Below, in pieces: positions 26,270-37,914 of a stretch of DNA of 64,000 bases. The first letter of the stretch is position 1; every line of letters starts with the position of its first letter. The stretch lies in contig CDPCPM010000329.1 of NCBI GenBank assembly GCA_976551045.1, positions 1,240,001-1,304,000 of the forward strand. Direction: 5' to 3'. The DNA is from Glaucostegus cemiculus (taxonomy: Eukaryota). The position numbers and the translations under genes were made by a program. The notes below the pieces were generated by a model. The model did no database searches. It worked only from the letters and a program-made list of their open reading frames with translations, and was not told where the DNA came from.

Positions 26270-26466
26270 CTACTTTGTCAATTGTAAACTGCTTCTCTTT
26301 AACAGTTTGTCTTCCACGAGTTCAAAGGGGGTGACACCTGCGAGCCCTTCCACAAGCTGCTGACAAGCCTGGGAAGAAATCAGTTTGCAATTCCGAAGAT
26401 CGATTCGATTAAGGTTTGGGCAGTGTTGAAGCAGCAACAGGCACTGGTCTGTTATTCGATGGCAAC
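26270..26466 (-). CDS. FBXL19: F-box/LRR protein 19 (KDM2 family), last coding exon
   Basis: ctttcag acceptor on -. Translates (G)CHRITDQCLLLLQHCPNLNRIDLRNCKLISSQACQQLVEGLAGVTPFELVEDKLLKRSSLQLTK* with TAG at 26272-26270. GCHR(I/L)TD is FBXL19-like, whereas KDM2A/B have CNK. Linkage to BCKDK matches human 16p11.2. Confidence 0.85.
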
Positions 26467-27019
26467 CTGAAAGGTGCAGGTTAAAGGTGCAGTATTAACA
26501 TCTGTTGATAAGTACCATTAATATTGCAATTTTTAAGCAAATTAAAGCTGTTTAATAATTTTTTTTTAGAGAGAAATGTTCTCTGGCCTCTTGCTTTAGT
26601 ACATTATTTGATCTCTGAAAGGATCTCTGGTAGACTATTAACAAAAGGGATGATCTGCGTGCATGTATTGGTCCAATTTCACCATTTTCCAAATTGGCCT
26701 CTTTAAATAGTCTAGTGATACAACTCTCTTTTGAAACACAGACCAACTTTATACATGTCTCAATCCCATAATCATCATAGAACTGCCCAGACCTCATCCT
26801 AAAAGCTAATTTCAAAGTAAGAACCTCATTACCTTGCAAGTAGCATACCTGAGAACTGACCCAAACCAGAAATCTCATTTTAGGCTTAAGTTAATGAGCT
26901 ACTCATTCTTACTCTCACCATTTGTGGCATTGCTTTTCAAAGCTGTTTAGAGATTGACACCTTGTAATTATTGGTTATCTGCCCCTTACCCATTTGTTAC
27001 TTTGTTAAGCAGCCAGGTC

Positions 27020-27480
27020 ACAGGAATTTACAGTGAGGAGCTGAGTACAAGGTACATTATGCCCATAATGATCAAAAATTATCCTCTTTAGGTTACTCCC
27101 ACTTCCCAGTTCTTGGTCCAGAATCTTGTAGTGCTCTTCAAGTACTCATCCAAGTACATTTTAAATGCAAGGAAGCTTTCTACATTGTTTTTAGGTAGAA
27201 AGTTCCTTGTCACCACCTCAAAGAACTCAAATCATTCAGGCACTGCCTTCCCCTAACAAATCCACACTGATTATACTTGACTAATCTGTGCCCTCTCTAA
27301 TGCTGATTTTTTGCTGTAACTCAGAACTATTTGCTAAAATTTGTTCAGCCCCAGTGTTTGGTTGTCTGGCCTGTAGTTACTTGGTCTATCCCCTTTTCCT
27401 TTTTATTATTTTTATTAACAATGATCAGTTATTTCTCCCCCGGTTCCTTTAAGAGCTTGGCCACAATGTTATTTTGTGCA
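27020..27480 (-). mobile_element. Decayed CR1 fragments in an FBXL19 intron
   Basis: Reverse-complement CR1 tail (acaggaatttacagtgaggag..cattatgccc) and ORF2-like sequence (tggcctgtagttacttggtctatccctttt). Confidence 0.55.
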
Positions 27481-27842
27481 AATACTTTTAGTTTATTTTT
27501 TATTATACCAGCCAAGGAAGTGCAAATTTTATTCCACTTTCACATAGGGAATAGCATTTAGCTCAATACCTTCCCATCACATTAATAAGCTTGGAAACAC
27601 CCACATCATTAGTACTTTCAGATAACAGGCATCCAGATAGAAAGATGTCTGCGTTATTAATTGGGGAACCTTTATTAGAATGCACTGTGTGGATTATTCT
27701 ACTATAACCTAATAATGAGTGAATTATGTAACAATAGCAATGACACCACTGGCTATGTTGGCCTTACCTACAGGATCATATTCTTGCTTTCAGAGACCAT
27801 AGGAAATAAAAAGATATCGGTGAGATGTCATGGGTCTTTTAC

Positions 27843-28055
27843 CTGAAAGGTTAATTTCAGTCAGTGTTTCTCGTGTGGAAGATCCAGCAGCTGTCAAAAG
27901 GGCAATGGATTGATCAGTCACGTGGTTACACTGACTCAGGTCCAGCTTGTTCAGCATTGGCATGTAGCGTATCATCAGTGCCAACGAGCAGTCAGTAATA
28001 TCCAAACCCGCTAAGTGGAATTCTGTCAGGTTGCACAGTTTGCTCTGGTTATGAC
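27843..28055 (-). CDS. FBXL19: FBXL19 penultimate coding exon (LRRs)
   Basis: tttttctggtag acceptor and G|gtaaaa donor; 213 bp, phase 1-1. Translates [74 protein letters not shown]2/FBXL19-type LRRs. Confidence 0.87.
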
Positions 28056-28307
28056 CTACCAGAAAAATAGGAGCATCTTTCAAAAGGTCATGCTAAAATT
28101 CGTTAAAGAGTATAGCAAATGTACAGGAAGGGCATTTGCAAAAACAAACTTGAGGATGGGTGGGAGGTCTGAGAGGCCCCCAATGGGGAGGGAGGATGGC
28201 ACACACAAGTAGCAACAGAGGATTAAACAGTACCTTGTCTAATATTTTAACCGCTGTCCATGGAATGCTCCTAAAGAAATTTGCCTTTCCAAGGAGAGAC
28301 TTAGAAT

Positions 28308-28583
28308 CAGAGGGAACCAGTTTAAAACAGAGATGAGGAGAAATTACTTTAGTCAGAGAGTGGTGGAATTGTGGAATTCTCTGCCACACACAGCTGTAGA
28401 GGCTCAGTCAGTGGGGGCATTTAAAGGGGAGTTGGATAGGTACCTAATTAATCAAGGTATCAAGGGATATGGGGATAAAGCTGGAAATTGGGGATAGATA
28501 TGTTATCTTTTCTCTTCTTCTCATGGAGCAGACTCGAAGGGCTGAATGGCCTACTTCTGCTCCCTTGTCTTGTGATCTTGTGA
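28308..28583 (+). mobile_element. Young CR1 3' end
   Basis: gagatgaggagaaattactttagtcagagagtggtggaattgtggaattctctgcc..gggctgaatggcctacttctgctcc, ending in a short repeat tcttgtga x2. Confidence 0.9.
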
Positions 28584-29649
28584 ACTACTCTTGGGTGTCC
28601 CAATCAATTGTCAATAAAAGCATGACAGGAAAACTTAACTCTGGCACTCCACGAACCTGTACAAACTCCCCATTGCTCTTTTTTTTTGCACATGTACTGA
28701 ATGAGATTTACTTCAACAATGCCCCATGGAGATCTCACAAAGACTTAACTATGGAAAAAAAGAGTGTTTAATTAACATAACCACATTAGGGTTAAACTTT
28801 GGAAATCCTGTTGAACTATCATGCAACAAATATCTTACCAGTGTGGGTCCTGCTAGATTACAAGCCAGTTTTCCTCCATAAGCTTCCTGGTTACCATTCT
28901 CTAGATCTCTCAAGTCTGATATTTAAGGTGGTAAATTTTTACCATTCTTGTCATATTTGATGCCATTTCATTTCTTTCTTTTAACAACTGCACAGCTAAG
29001 TGTACCATTCAGAGGCTGAGAGTCATCTTATTCAAAAATCAATGGTGGGTTCAGAGTTCAAATAGGAACAAACCACGATGATACTACTTCAGTTGTACGT
29101 AATGCATTTTTTAGTGCATTAAATGAATCCAAATGACAAAAATCAGCACAATCCAACCCTTCAACCTTGCACGACTGTAATCCTTTCACCTTCCTGAAAT
29201 ATCAATAGTTAATGGAGACTTGGTTACAGACAATGTCTAATGCTGAGTATGTAGTTCCTAATTTTAATCATAGTCACTTTCCTTCTGAATCAAGCTTCTC
29301 ATTTCTTAGTTTATTTCGCTAACTGGAGATAGGCCTAAGTTGTTTGGGGGAAGCATGGAAGAGAACAAAATGGTGAGTGGATTGTGTTGCATTTGCTGGA
29401 AAAGATTTACTAAGACTCAATTTAGTGTTAAACAGATTGATGACAGAACACTGAAAAGGCTGAACATTCAAAAAATACATGGACAACCTTTCTCCATAAT
29501 CAGGCAGCTATCCAGAAGTGATGAAAACCATTTTATCTTTATTGCCAGTAAGTTGTTGAAGTGCTAAGTGGCACACTGGGAACATATTTAAGAAAGCATT
29601 GTATAGATGGAACTATGGCAGGTTGTGTTTACTAACTCTTTCAACTGAC

Positions 29650-29811
29650 CTACTCTGCAATCTGTAGGTGGTGACAGCAACTCCCTCATCTGCGAGTCTT
29701 TGAGATCCTCCACCCAACGAAGATCGAGCATGCGTAGAAGAGGACAACTCGATGTACAAAGTGCAGAGATTGCACTCCAAATGCATCCTGCTAGTGCCAG
29801 AATTTTCAAAT
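29650..29811 (-). CDS. FBXL19: FBXL19 coding exon (LRRs)
   Basis: tttttgtaacag acceptor and G|gtcagt donor; 162 bp, phase 1-1. Translates [54 protein letters not shown], compared with recalled FBXL19 LDLRWIEDVKDSQLRELL. Confidence 0.87.
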
Positions 29812-30344
29812 CTGTTACAAAAAAATTACATTTAATATTAAAGAAAACATGAAACATAAACAAACTGCTCACTACCAACATTTTCCAGAGGTAATAAACT
29901 TTCAAACTGCTATATATATTTTGTGATTACTCATCAACATATACAGTACCATTCACACACCATAACACTATACTAGGTAGAAACAACGTACTGACCAGAA
30001 CAGGATTCCTTTTCATTCTGCCTGACAGGGGAAAGTATATAAAGACTATTTTGACTTTCAGACACGAGGAACATTTCACTTACTGGCAAAAAATTAGAAG
30101 CACACTATTAATATCTCAATGGATATTTACCATAAAACCAATTGAACTTTACATCAGTACTATAACAAAAAGATACTAAGTTGCATCGAATATATAGTTG
30201 ATGCAATGGAAGTGTCCACATCCATTAAAGTCCCACATAGGACAACAAAATTAAATTTCTTGATGTCAAATGAAAAATCAACTGCATCACAGTTATCGTT
30301 AGTATTTTGTATTGTCAGCAAAACAAAAATATCACTGGGAGGCT

Positions 30345-31220
30345 TGTTTAGTGGGGTGCTAGTTGTTCACAATCTATATTAATAATTTGGATGGGGGGCA
30401 GCAAAATCTAGTGTAATACATCCAATTTGCTGATGATACAAAGCTAGGTGATAGTGTGGTCTGTGAGAAGGTTGCAGAAACTTGGGGGGGGGGGGCAGGG
30501 GGAAGAAGTGGGGGTGGAGGGAGGAATAGAGGGATTAGAAAGGCTAAGTGAAAGAGCAAGGATATGGCAGATGGAATATAACGTGGAAAATGTGAAGTCA
30601 TCTAATTTGGCAAAAATATATTCTGCCTTTTCTCCCCCAAATGGTGATAGATTAAAGGATATTTGTGATTAAGGGGACCTGGATGTCCTTGTACACAGAT
30701 CACCAAAAGTTAATACGCAGGTTCAGCAAGCAATCAGGAAAGTATTTTGGAACATTACACATAGACTCTCTATCCAAGGAAGGATATACTTGCAATACAG
30801 GGAGAACAGCAAAGGTTCACAAGATTGATTCCTGGAATGGAGAGTTTGATATACAAGGAGAGATTAGACAGGCCAGGCCTGTACCAAAGAGACTTCACAT
30901 GAATGAGAGGTGATCTTCAAGTAGATGTGGATGTGACGTTTCCCCTGACATCTTTAAAATAAGGAATTGGCCTCTCTGTACAATGATGCAAAAGTTTCTT
31001 CACCCAGAGACTATGGAATGTTACCAGAGAGGGCTGCAGAAGCTCCACTGCCACGTATAATCAAGACAAAAATAAATAGTTACTGTTATTAAGGAAATCA
31101 AGGGGCATGAGGTTAGTGTGGAAAAGTGGCATCAGCCTAAAAGATCAGCTATGTTATTACTGAGTGGTGCAGTAAGCACGAGGGGTTAAATGGCCTACTC
31201 TGGCTCTTTTTCCATGTATC
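30345..31220 (+). mobile_element. CR1 LINE 3' portion
   Basis: FTIYINNLD..SQFADDTKLG (YADD-like RT motif), RLSERARIWQMEYNV, and tail ggggttaaatggcctactctggctc. Confidence 0.85.
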
Positions 31221-33269
31221 ATTAGCATAAGAAACAATTTTTGTGGATAAATACACTGCATTCTCAAATCTTATATTTATAGGAAAATAAAATGGATTCA
31301 ATGATCATGGAATAAACTAAAACATTACTACCTCATCTGCGAGCAAATGCCACAGTACTCGAGTGTAATGTGCTTTGTTCAGTACCTTACTTCTCAGTTA
31401 TAGAAAACAAGAAACAAGATCAGTTAAAGTTGAGGAGCCAACAAATATGTTTGGTTGCAGTGAGCAGCCAACACTAACAGAAGAGTATTTACAACATAAT
31501 AGACAGCACAGGTTCAGAACCTGATACTAATTAACCTATGTCTGACAATACAGTGTTTTCAACCATCACAAGGAGATTTGTCCACTTGAATGAACTGGTC
31601 TCTACTATAAGGCACTGCTTGAAAGGTACTGACTGCAAGGTACAACATGCAGCAACTGTTACCACTGCGATCATCTACCACTCCTACAACTACAAATGAC
31701 AATAAATCATTAAAAATAAGTTAATTTTTGCATACCCACATGAAATAAAAATCATGAACAAAAGAAATACAGCATGAGCTTTTGCATGTATTGGTAGAGA
31801 GTCAGTTTAATGGAAAATGCCAATGTCAATTTGTGAGATTAAAATTGGCCCTGGACTAAACTACAGTATCTCCTTTATTCTTGACTGTGTCCATCTGTGG
31901 ACATCGTACTTATAAACCTTGGGTAGATACAAACCAGTGCAATTAGCTGCTTTGATTTAAAAAAAAACATTAAGCTGCTGACCCATTGGGTGGTGCTGTA
32001 TATTTCAAATTTTATCACAGTGCAAGTTTTTCCACTTGAATCATTCATATCTCTGTTCAAGCTTTTCGCAATGTTATGTATTGCAGGCAGAAGCAATTGC
32101 TGACCACTTTTAATAAGTTTCTTTTACTCTCCCTACAAAAGGAATTAACTTATTCTCCAGACCACCCTGCCACTTTCTCCAAAAGACAGTCAGTCAACTT
32201 ATCATTAGCAAAATCATGGACATCTAGATCAGCTTCAAAACTTCAGCTGCATTTAAATAAAAGGTACTCTTAATATAATATAATCAAATGCTCATATCAC
32301 AGTGAAATTACATCTGTAATATAAGTGTATAATAAAACAATTTGAAGACAGATCTAAACCCTTCAAGTTCGGAGGGAAAGGGCTAACTCTGTTTCTCTTC
32401 ATTCCCCGTCTCTTCCCTTTTTTTAAAATTGTTTTGCAGACAAAATGCACAAATCTATTTTTGGCAGTAGGACAAGAATGAAAAGCAAAGGGACAAGCTG
32501 TTCCTTCAGAATTGAATTTCTAGGACAAAATAGCGCTCAAGGCTTGGGTTTTCTAATTGATTCTAATTTGCATTATTCAGATTAAGCAATCATTGTTGTA
32601 TTCAAATGCAAGTCAAATTCTGAAGTTAAAATAAACACATCTAAGATGTGTACTCATTAGTTTCTTGGCCAATGGACATAAGCCAATAATTTGGGTTACA
32701 TCTAATTTGTCTTGCTGCAACTACATTATTTGGAGCATTGGGAATTAGAGTTATTTATAAGCATTTACTCAAAAAAAAAAGAACATATTAACTCTGCCAA
32801 ACTACCATTTCCTAAGGGTGTGAGGCAGTGCTGAGCTTCCATTTTTCACCACGTTACAGCTGGTGTGTAGCACTAGAGACATGCACGGTATAGGACTAAT
32901 TGGTAGAATGCAGACATCAAAGGCAATCAGCATTTTGAAATGGAGGAACCAATCCACTCCATACAGTAAGGGGAAAGGCTTAAGCTAAAACACTTAATAC
33001 CAATCTGATTTTGGTCAGTTTGAGCTGGTTTTAAATTTATACCATAGACTAATTTGGAGTGCACTACAAGTCCTTGTTGTGTGCAAGCACAGCATCTGAA
33101 ATGGAAGTGTACCAGATTCAGACAAAAAAAAACCAGATGCTGAACAAATAATGTACTTCTATATATACACTGTATAAATCAACTCCACAAGTTGCATTTA
33201 ATCCTCCTTGCATTCCAAGGAACAACATAATTATCAGTTGTTCATTTAGTTACATCAAGATCTCTCTAG

Positions 33270-34060
33270 AGAGTGTTATACAGCAGAGAAATATGCCCTT
33301 CAACCCCACCGCATCTATGCCTATCTATACTAATCTCACTTGCCTGCATTAATTCTATATCCTTCTATGCCTTGCTTATTCAGCTGCCTGTTCACATGCC
33401 TCTTAGTTGTTTTTTTTTTAAGTATAATGTTCCTGCTCCCACCATCTCCTCTGGAAACTTGTTCCAGATACTAAGTACTCTGAAAAATTTACCCCTCAGA
33501 CCTCATGTAAACCTCCTCCCTCTCACCTTAAACTTTGCCCTCCAGTTTCAAGCATCCCTACCATAGGAAACAGACTTTAGCTATTTACCCTTTCCATGCC
33601 TCTCATAATTTTTACATACCTCCAGCATGTCACCTCACGGCCTCCTTTGCTCCAGGGAATCAGACCATGCCTACCCAATCTCTCCATGTAACTCAAGCCC
33701 TCCAAGCCAGGCAACATATTTAATTTTTTTCGGCACCCTCTCTAATTTAATCACATCTTTCCTATAGTGTGGCAACCAGAATGGCTGACGAAAAGTCATA
33801 CATCTTTTCCACCACCCTATCTTAGTTGTGTTACTACTTTCAGGGAACTATGTTCTTGCATCCCAAGGCGTCTCTGTTTAAACACTCCCCTAGGCCCTGC
33901 TATTCACTATGTGTCCTGCTCTGGTTAAACATCCCAAAATGCATCACTCTACAGTTGGTGTTAAATTCAATCTACCTTTTGATGATCTATATCCTATTGT
34001 TCCTTAAGACAACCTTCTTCTCTGTCCACCTTACTGCCAATTTTGATGTCATCTGCATAA
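33270..34060 (-). mobile_element. CR1 LINE 3' portion
   Basis: Reverse-complement tail (agagtgttatacagcagagaaatatgcccttcaaccc) and ORF2 motifs (cccaaaatgcatcact = VMHFG; gtcatctgca = ADD). Confidence 0.8.
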
Positions 34061-34529
34061 TGTCCCAGGCGAGAATTTCTATTACTGTCCGATCAGACAG
34101 TGAGAGTACCTACAATGTTAGCTGGATGCCTTTGCCCAGTCACAATATTCTGCCAATGACCTCCAGGTCAGGTAGGAAAATAATTACAAGTATTTTGGTT
34201 TGGAATGGCTGTGGCTCAGTCAGGTTTCAAGTTTATACATAAGCAGACTCTACTGAATTCCCATTTACATGTTGTGTGTCAGTGCAAAACAAGCATATTA
34301 AACTCAGGGTTTCAAGAGAGAACTAAGGAATGCTCATTCAGTTTTGCTCTTCAGACCCTTGTTGTGACTCCAGGCTTCATTAAGCTAAAAAAATGCAAAG
34401 TTGCTGTCATGCAGTTCACAACTCTTTACTTCCAATTATCTATACTTGCCTCTAAACCAAATGTGCTTTTAAGAATAGGCCAAAAATAGCAAATTCAAAT
34501 TTCTGACCCCAAATAATTACTTCAGAACT

Positions 34530-34873
34530 AAGGCGCCAGACTCAGCTGAATCAGAATCTCGAGTCCCCACTCTAGAGATTAGATAACACAGTGCAGACTG
34601 GCAATTTTAAGCAGAGTATTGAATTATCAGATGTGAAGTCTTTTTCAGATGAAATATTAAACTGTGGAAGTGTCTGCACTTCTCAGGTGGGCAGCTCCCA
34701 AGGCAGAATCTTTATGGTTGATCTGGCAATATTCAACCATAACAAAGACCAAATACCTAGTCATTTACCTTCTGTGGTTTGTGAGACCTTGCCTCAAGTA
34801 AATTGGTTTCTACAGTTCCCAACTTCATGACAGTGGTTATTAAAAAAAGCTTTAGTGGATGTGAAGTGCTTTG
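34530..34873 (+). mobile_element. Deu-domain SINE, decayed
   Basis: tctttttcagatgaaatattaaactgtgg..tctcaggtgg..tggcaatattc..tgtggtttgtgagaccttgcc..aaattgg..gtgaagtgctttgg follows the recalled Deu-SINE layout. Confidence 0.65.
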
Positions 34874-34875
34874 GC

Positions 34876-35145
34876 AGGCATGGTAGTGTTAGGTAACACC
34901 TTATAGCGCCAGCAACCCGGGTTCAAATCCGGCCAATGTCTGTAAGGAGTTTGTACGTTCTCCCCATCTGTGTGGGTTTCCTCCGGGTGCTCCAGTTTCT
35001 TCTCACATTCCAAAGACGTACAGATTAGGAAGTTGTGGGCATGCTCTGTGGGTGCTGAAAGCGTGGCGACACTTATGGGCTGCCCCCAGAACACTATGCA
35101 AAGATGTATTTCACTGTGTGTTTCAATGTACATGTGACTAATAAA
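34876..35145 (+). mobile_element. V-SINE with a non-CR1 3' tail
   Basis: Head ggcatggtagtg..cccgggttcaaatccggcc; V-core ggagtttgtacgttctccccatctgtgtgggtttcctccgggtgctccagtttc; tail atgtatttcactgtgtgtttcaatgtacatgtgactaataaa. Confidence 0.85.
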
Positions 35146-35506
35146 TCCTTCAGGTCTGAAAGGCATTAAACAAATTAGAATTTTCTGAATTTGTGTAAGT
35201 CCATAATGAGGCCAGTATAATAGCAACAGGGCCTGCAGACCATACAATGACAACAAAAAAAAGCATATTTCAAAATAATCTATATATGCAGAATCCCCAT
35301 TGTACAATTTTAAATGAAGTTCTGAATAAAGAGAACAATCCTAAAACTCATAAATTAGTATGTTGTAAAATAATTCAACACTTCCAATATTTCAATACTG
35401 TATTTTAAAATTGACAACCGTCTCATTCTAAACAGAGATTTATAAATACAAGACCCAGTGCACTCCTTCAAAGTCTCACAGATAAATGAAGCAAATCCAT
35501 CCTTAC

Positions 35507-35670
35507 TTTGCAACTTGTTTATGAGCCAACTGAGTTGTTTTTTCGAGACGTTTGTCCAGCTAAGGTCTAGTATGATGGGCTGTCTCCTGATGATCCCACT
35601 CAGCATTGTTGGAGTGATCGATTTGCAGCGGCTCAAGTTAATGGTGGTCCACAGCCGCTTGTCACAACAC
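35507..35670 (-). CDS. FBXL19: FBXL19 coding exon (end of F-box and first LRRs)
   Basis: gtttgcag acceptor and A|gtaagg donor; 164 bp, phase 2-1. Translates (W)[54 protein letters not shown]. No upstream F-box exon was found in 35671-64000. Confidence 0.87.
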
Positions 35671-37914
35671 CTGCAAACATTAAGAAATGAAGCCAGCCAG
35701 TAAAACCAAGCAGTGGGCTCATTAAAAGTTACCAAATACATTACTTTAAAAAAAATAGCACCATTACATATATTCTCAACAAACAAAAAGGAACATAAAT
35801 TCTGTCCTTAGAAGGATGCTAATTCTTATTACACTGGCAGACCTCCCAACAGTAATTTGTAGCCAGCGGTTACATTAAAGCAGAAAAGCTAAATTATAAT
35901 GTAGGTGTTCATATCTGAGTGTCTTATTGCATATGGTTTATAACTAAAAGGAAATAATCTACAATTGTTTAACTGCACATGTTCAAAGAAATCTGGAACA
36001 TATAATAGTAACTCATACATCTTAGGACTGGAGAGTGTCCATGAAGCTTTGCTGACTATTATTACAATTAACACATAATATTACAATAACTTTTCCAAAA
36101 TATATAACAAATCCTTTGTTACAATGTATGATGATCTTTAGAAAGCATATTAGTATGCAAGTTAGAATCAAAACATTCATGACAAAAGAGCCCAATGTTT
36201 ATATTGTACTATGCAAAGCAAATAGACATCCAATCTCCATCTAAAAATAATAATGAGATGACGCAGAGTTAACTGTAGAAATTCAGTTCAGCATATCTTC
36301 CAGATTAATAGTACTTAAAAGCTAAGCCAAGAATTTAAAATCCATAATCTTTAGGTATCACTCATATTAAGTACAACACTTAATTCTTAAGAGTTATAAA
36401 ATCATGTGACCTAGTATCCATTTTAGGTTTGGTTCGTTTAGGTGTGTGAATACTAAAAAGCAAAACAGGTCAGTTGCACTTCAAAACTGCTCATTCACAA
36501 ATTTTGCTGAGGAATCAACTCATTCAGCTGCATCATCAAATTTCTGTTCCACTTCTGCCGGTGTTTTACCTCTGCTGACCAGAACCATAATGGTGCAGCA
36601 GCTGCAGGATTTTCAGTAAAAGCAACTAACAGGGAACTGAAGCTATTTCTGTGCAGTTTCAGCTTTATGATTCTGTAATAAATGCACACAGAAACAAAAG
36701 TCATCTTGATTACCGGCCAATAAATGGGGTGACACCTATATTTAAGGAGCAATTATCACAACAATGTGCTTGATACTTCTTATTACCGACAATAATTTCT
36801 GGTTTCTCTAGCATGTAATAGCAAGACTGGAATGCAATCCACAGTTCACCAGCAAGTGGCAGCAGTTATATAGTAGCAGTAATTTATGCAGCAAGTTAGC
36901 CGACCAATTATGCCCCAGATTCAGTATCAACAACATGCTCTTACAGACACTTCCTTCTATTCTGCACATGCAAATGGCTGTCACTACCAAGATTCACAAT
37001 CAGCATTTTAAAAGTGGGATATTTCAAATCTTTGAGTTTAATTTTAAATGTATATAAATGGTTCATACTTTGAAAAATCTGATACATCTTGGTTTAGTTT
37101 ATATTTTTATGAACTATATTAACATTAAATTAACTGGGTAATTGGAATCTTTCCCCCAAAAATTTCATAATTTCTATTGGCTGGATGAAACCTATACTGA
37201 CACACCCTCTTCAACAGTTAAATGGTAAAAATTAAAAACAGGTGCCATTTAATACCAAAGATTTAAATATGTATTTTTACATTAACTATAGATAAACTGG
37301 AAGTTAGGAGACAAACTGGACAGTTGATGGGCAAAGAGTGGCTCTGCTCCGACCTCCATTTCTTTGTTACCTTTAGATTGGACTATTCCAATGCTTTCTT
37401 AACCACTCCCACCTTGCACCCTCCACAGATTGGAGCTCTTCCAAAATTGCTCCCCATACCTTATCCTGCATCGTCCCATTTGCCTGTCAGCTAGTTATGC
37501 CGAATATTGGGCCAGCAGTGTTTCAAATTTTTATCTCTTCATGGCCCCTTGAGTTGTTTGGGTTTCATTGTAGTTGATTAGCAGCACACTGAAGCTAGTT
37601 GTTGGAGTATGCTCCATCTAGGCAAGGTCCCTGGTCTGCACTGCTACTATCAGGTCATGGATGTGGATAAAGCTCAGTGCATTTGGATGGATCAGTTGTT
37701 CAACGGAGCAGGGTTTTCAATACACTTCCTTCAGGTAGGCTGACACATTGCAAGATTTTCTTCTGAGTCTGACATAAACGGTGTAGCTTTCTACAAGCAT
37801 GTAGATCAACTGGACCAGATGACTGTCCTTTGTCATCTCCAAGATCTTCCAAAGCAATATTCGATGAGTGGCAGAGTCACATGTTACCAAGAGGCTGATA
37901 AAAGTAACCCCATT

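Noticed and set aside
26270-35670. Calling the minus-strand gene KDM2B or KDM2A
   Set aside because: Similarity is real, but GCHRITD and [13 protein letters not shown] plus adjacency to BCKDK favour FBXL19. Residual uncertainty is kept in the confidence values.
36490-37515. Possible non-autonomous DNA transposon remnant
   Set aside because: Composition and the aatattgggcc end are suggestive, but I could not match a pair of terminal inverted repeats.
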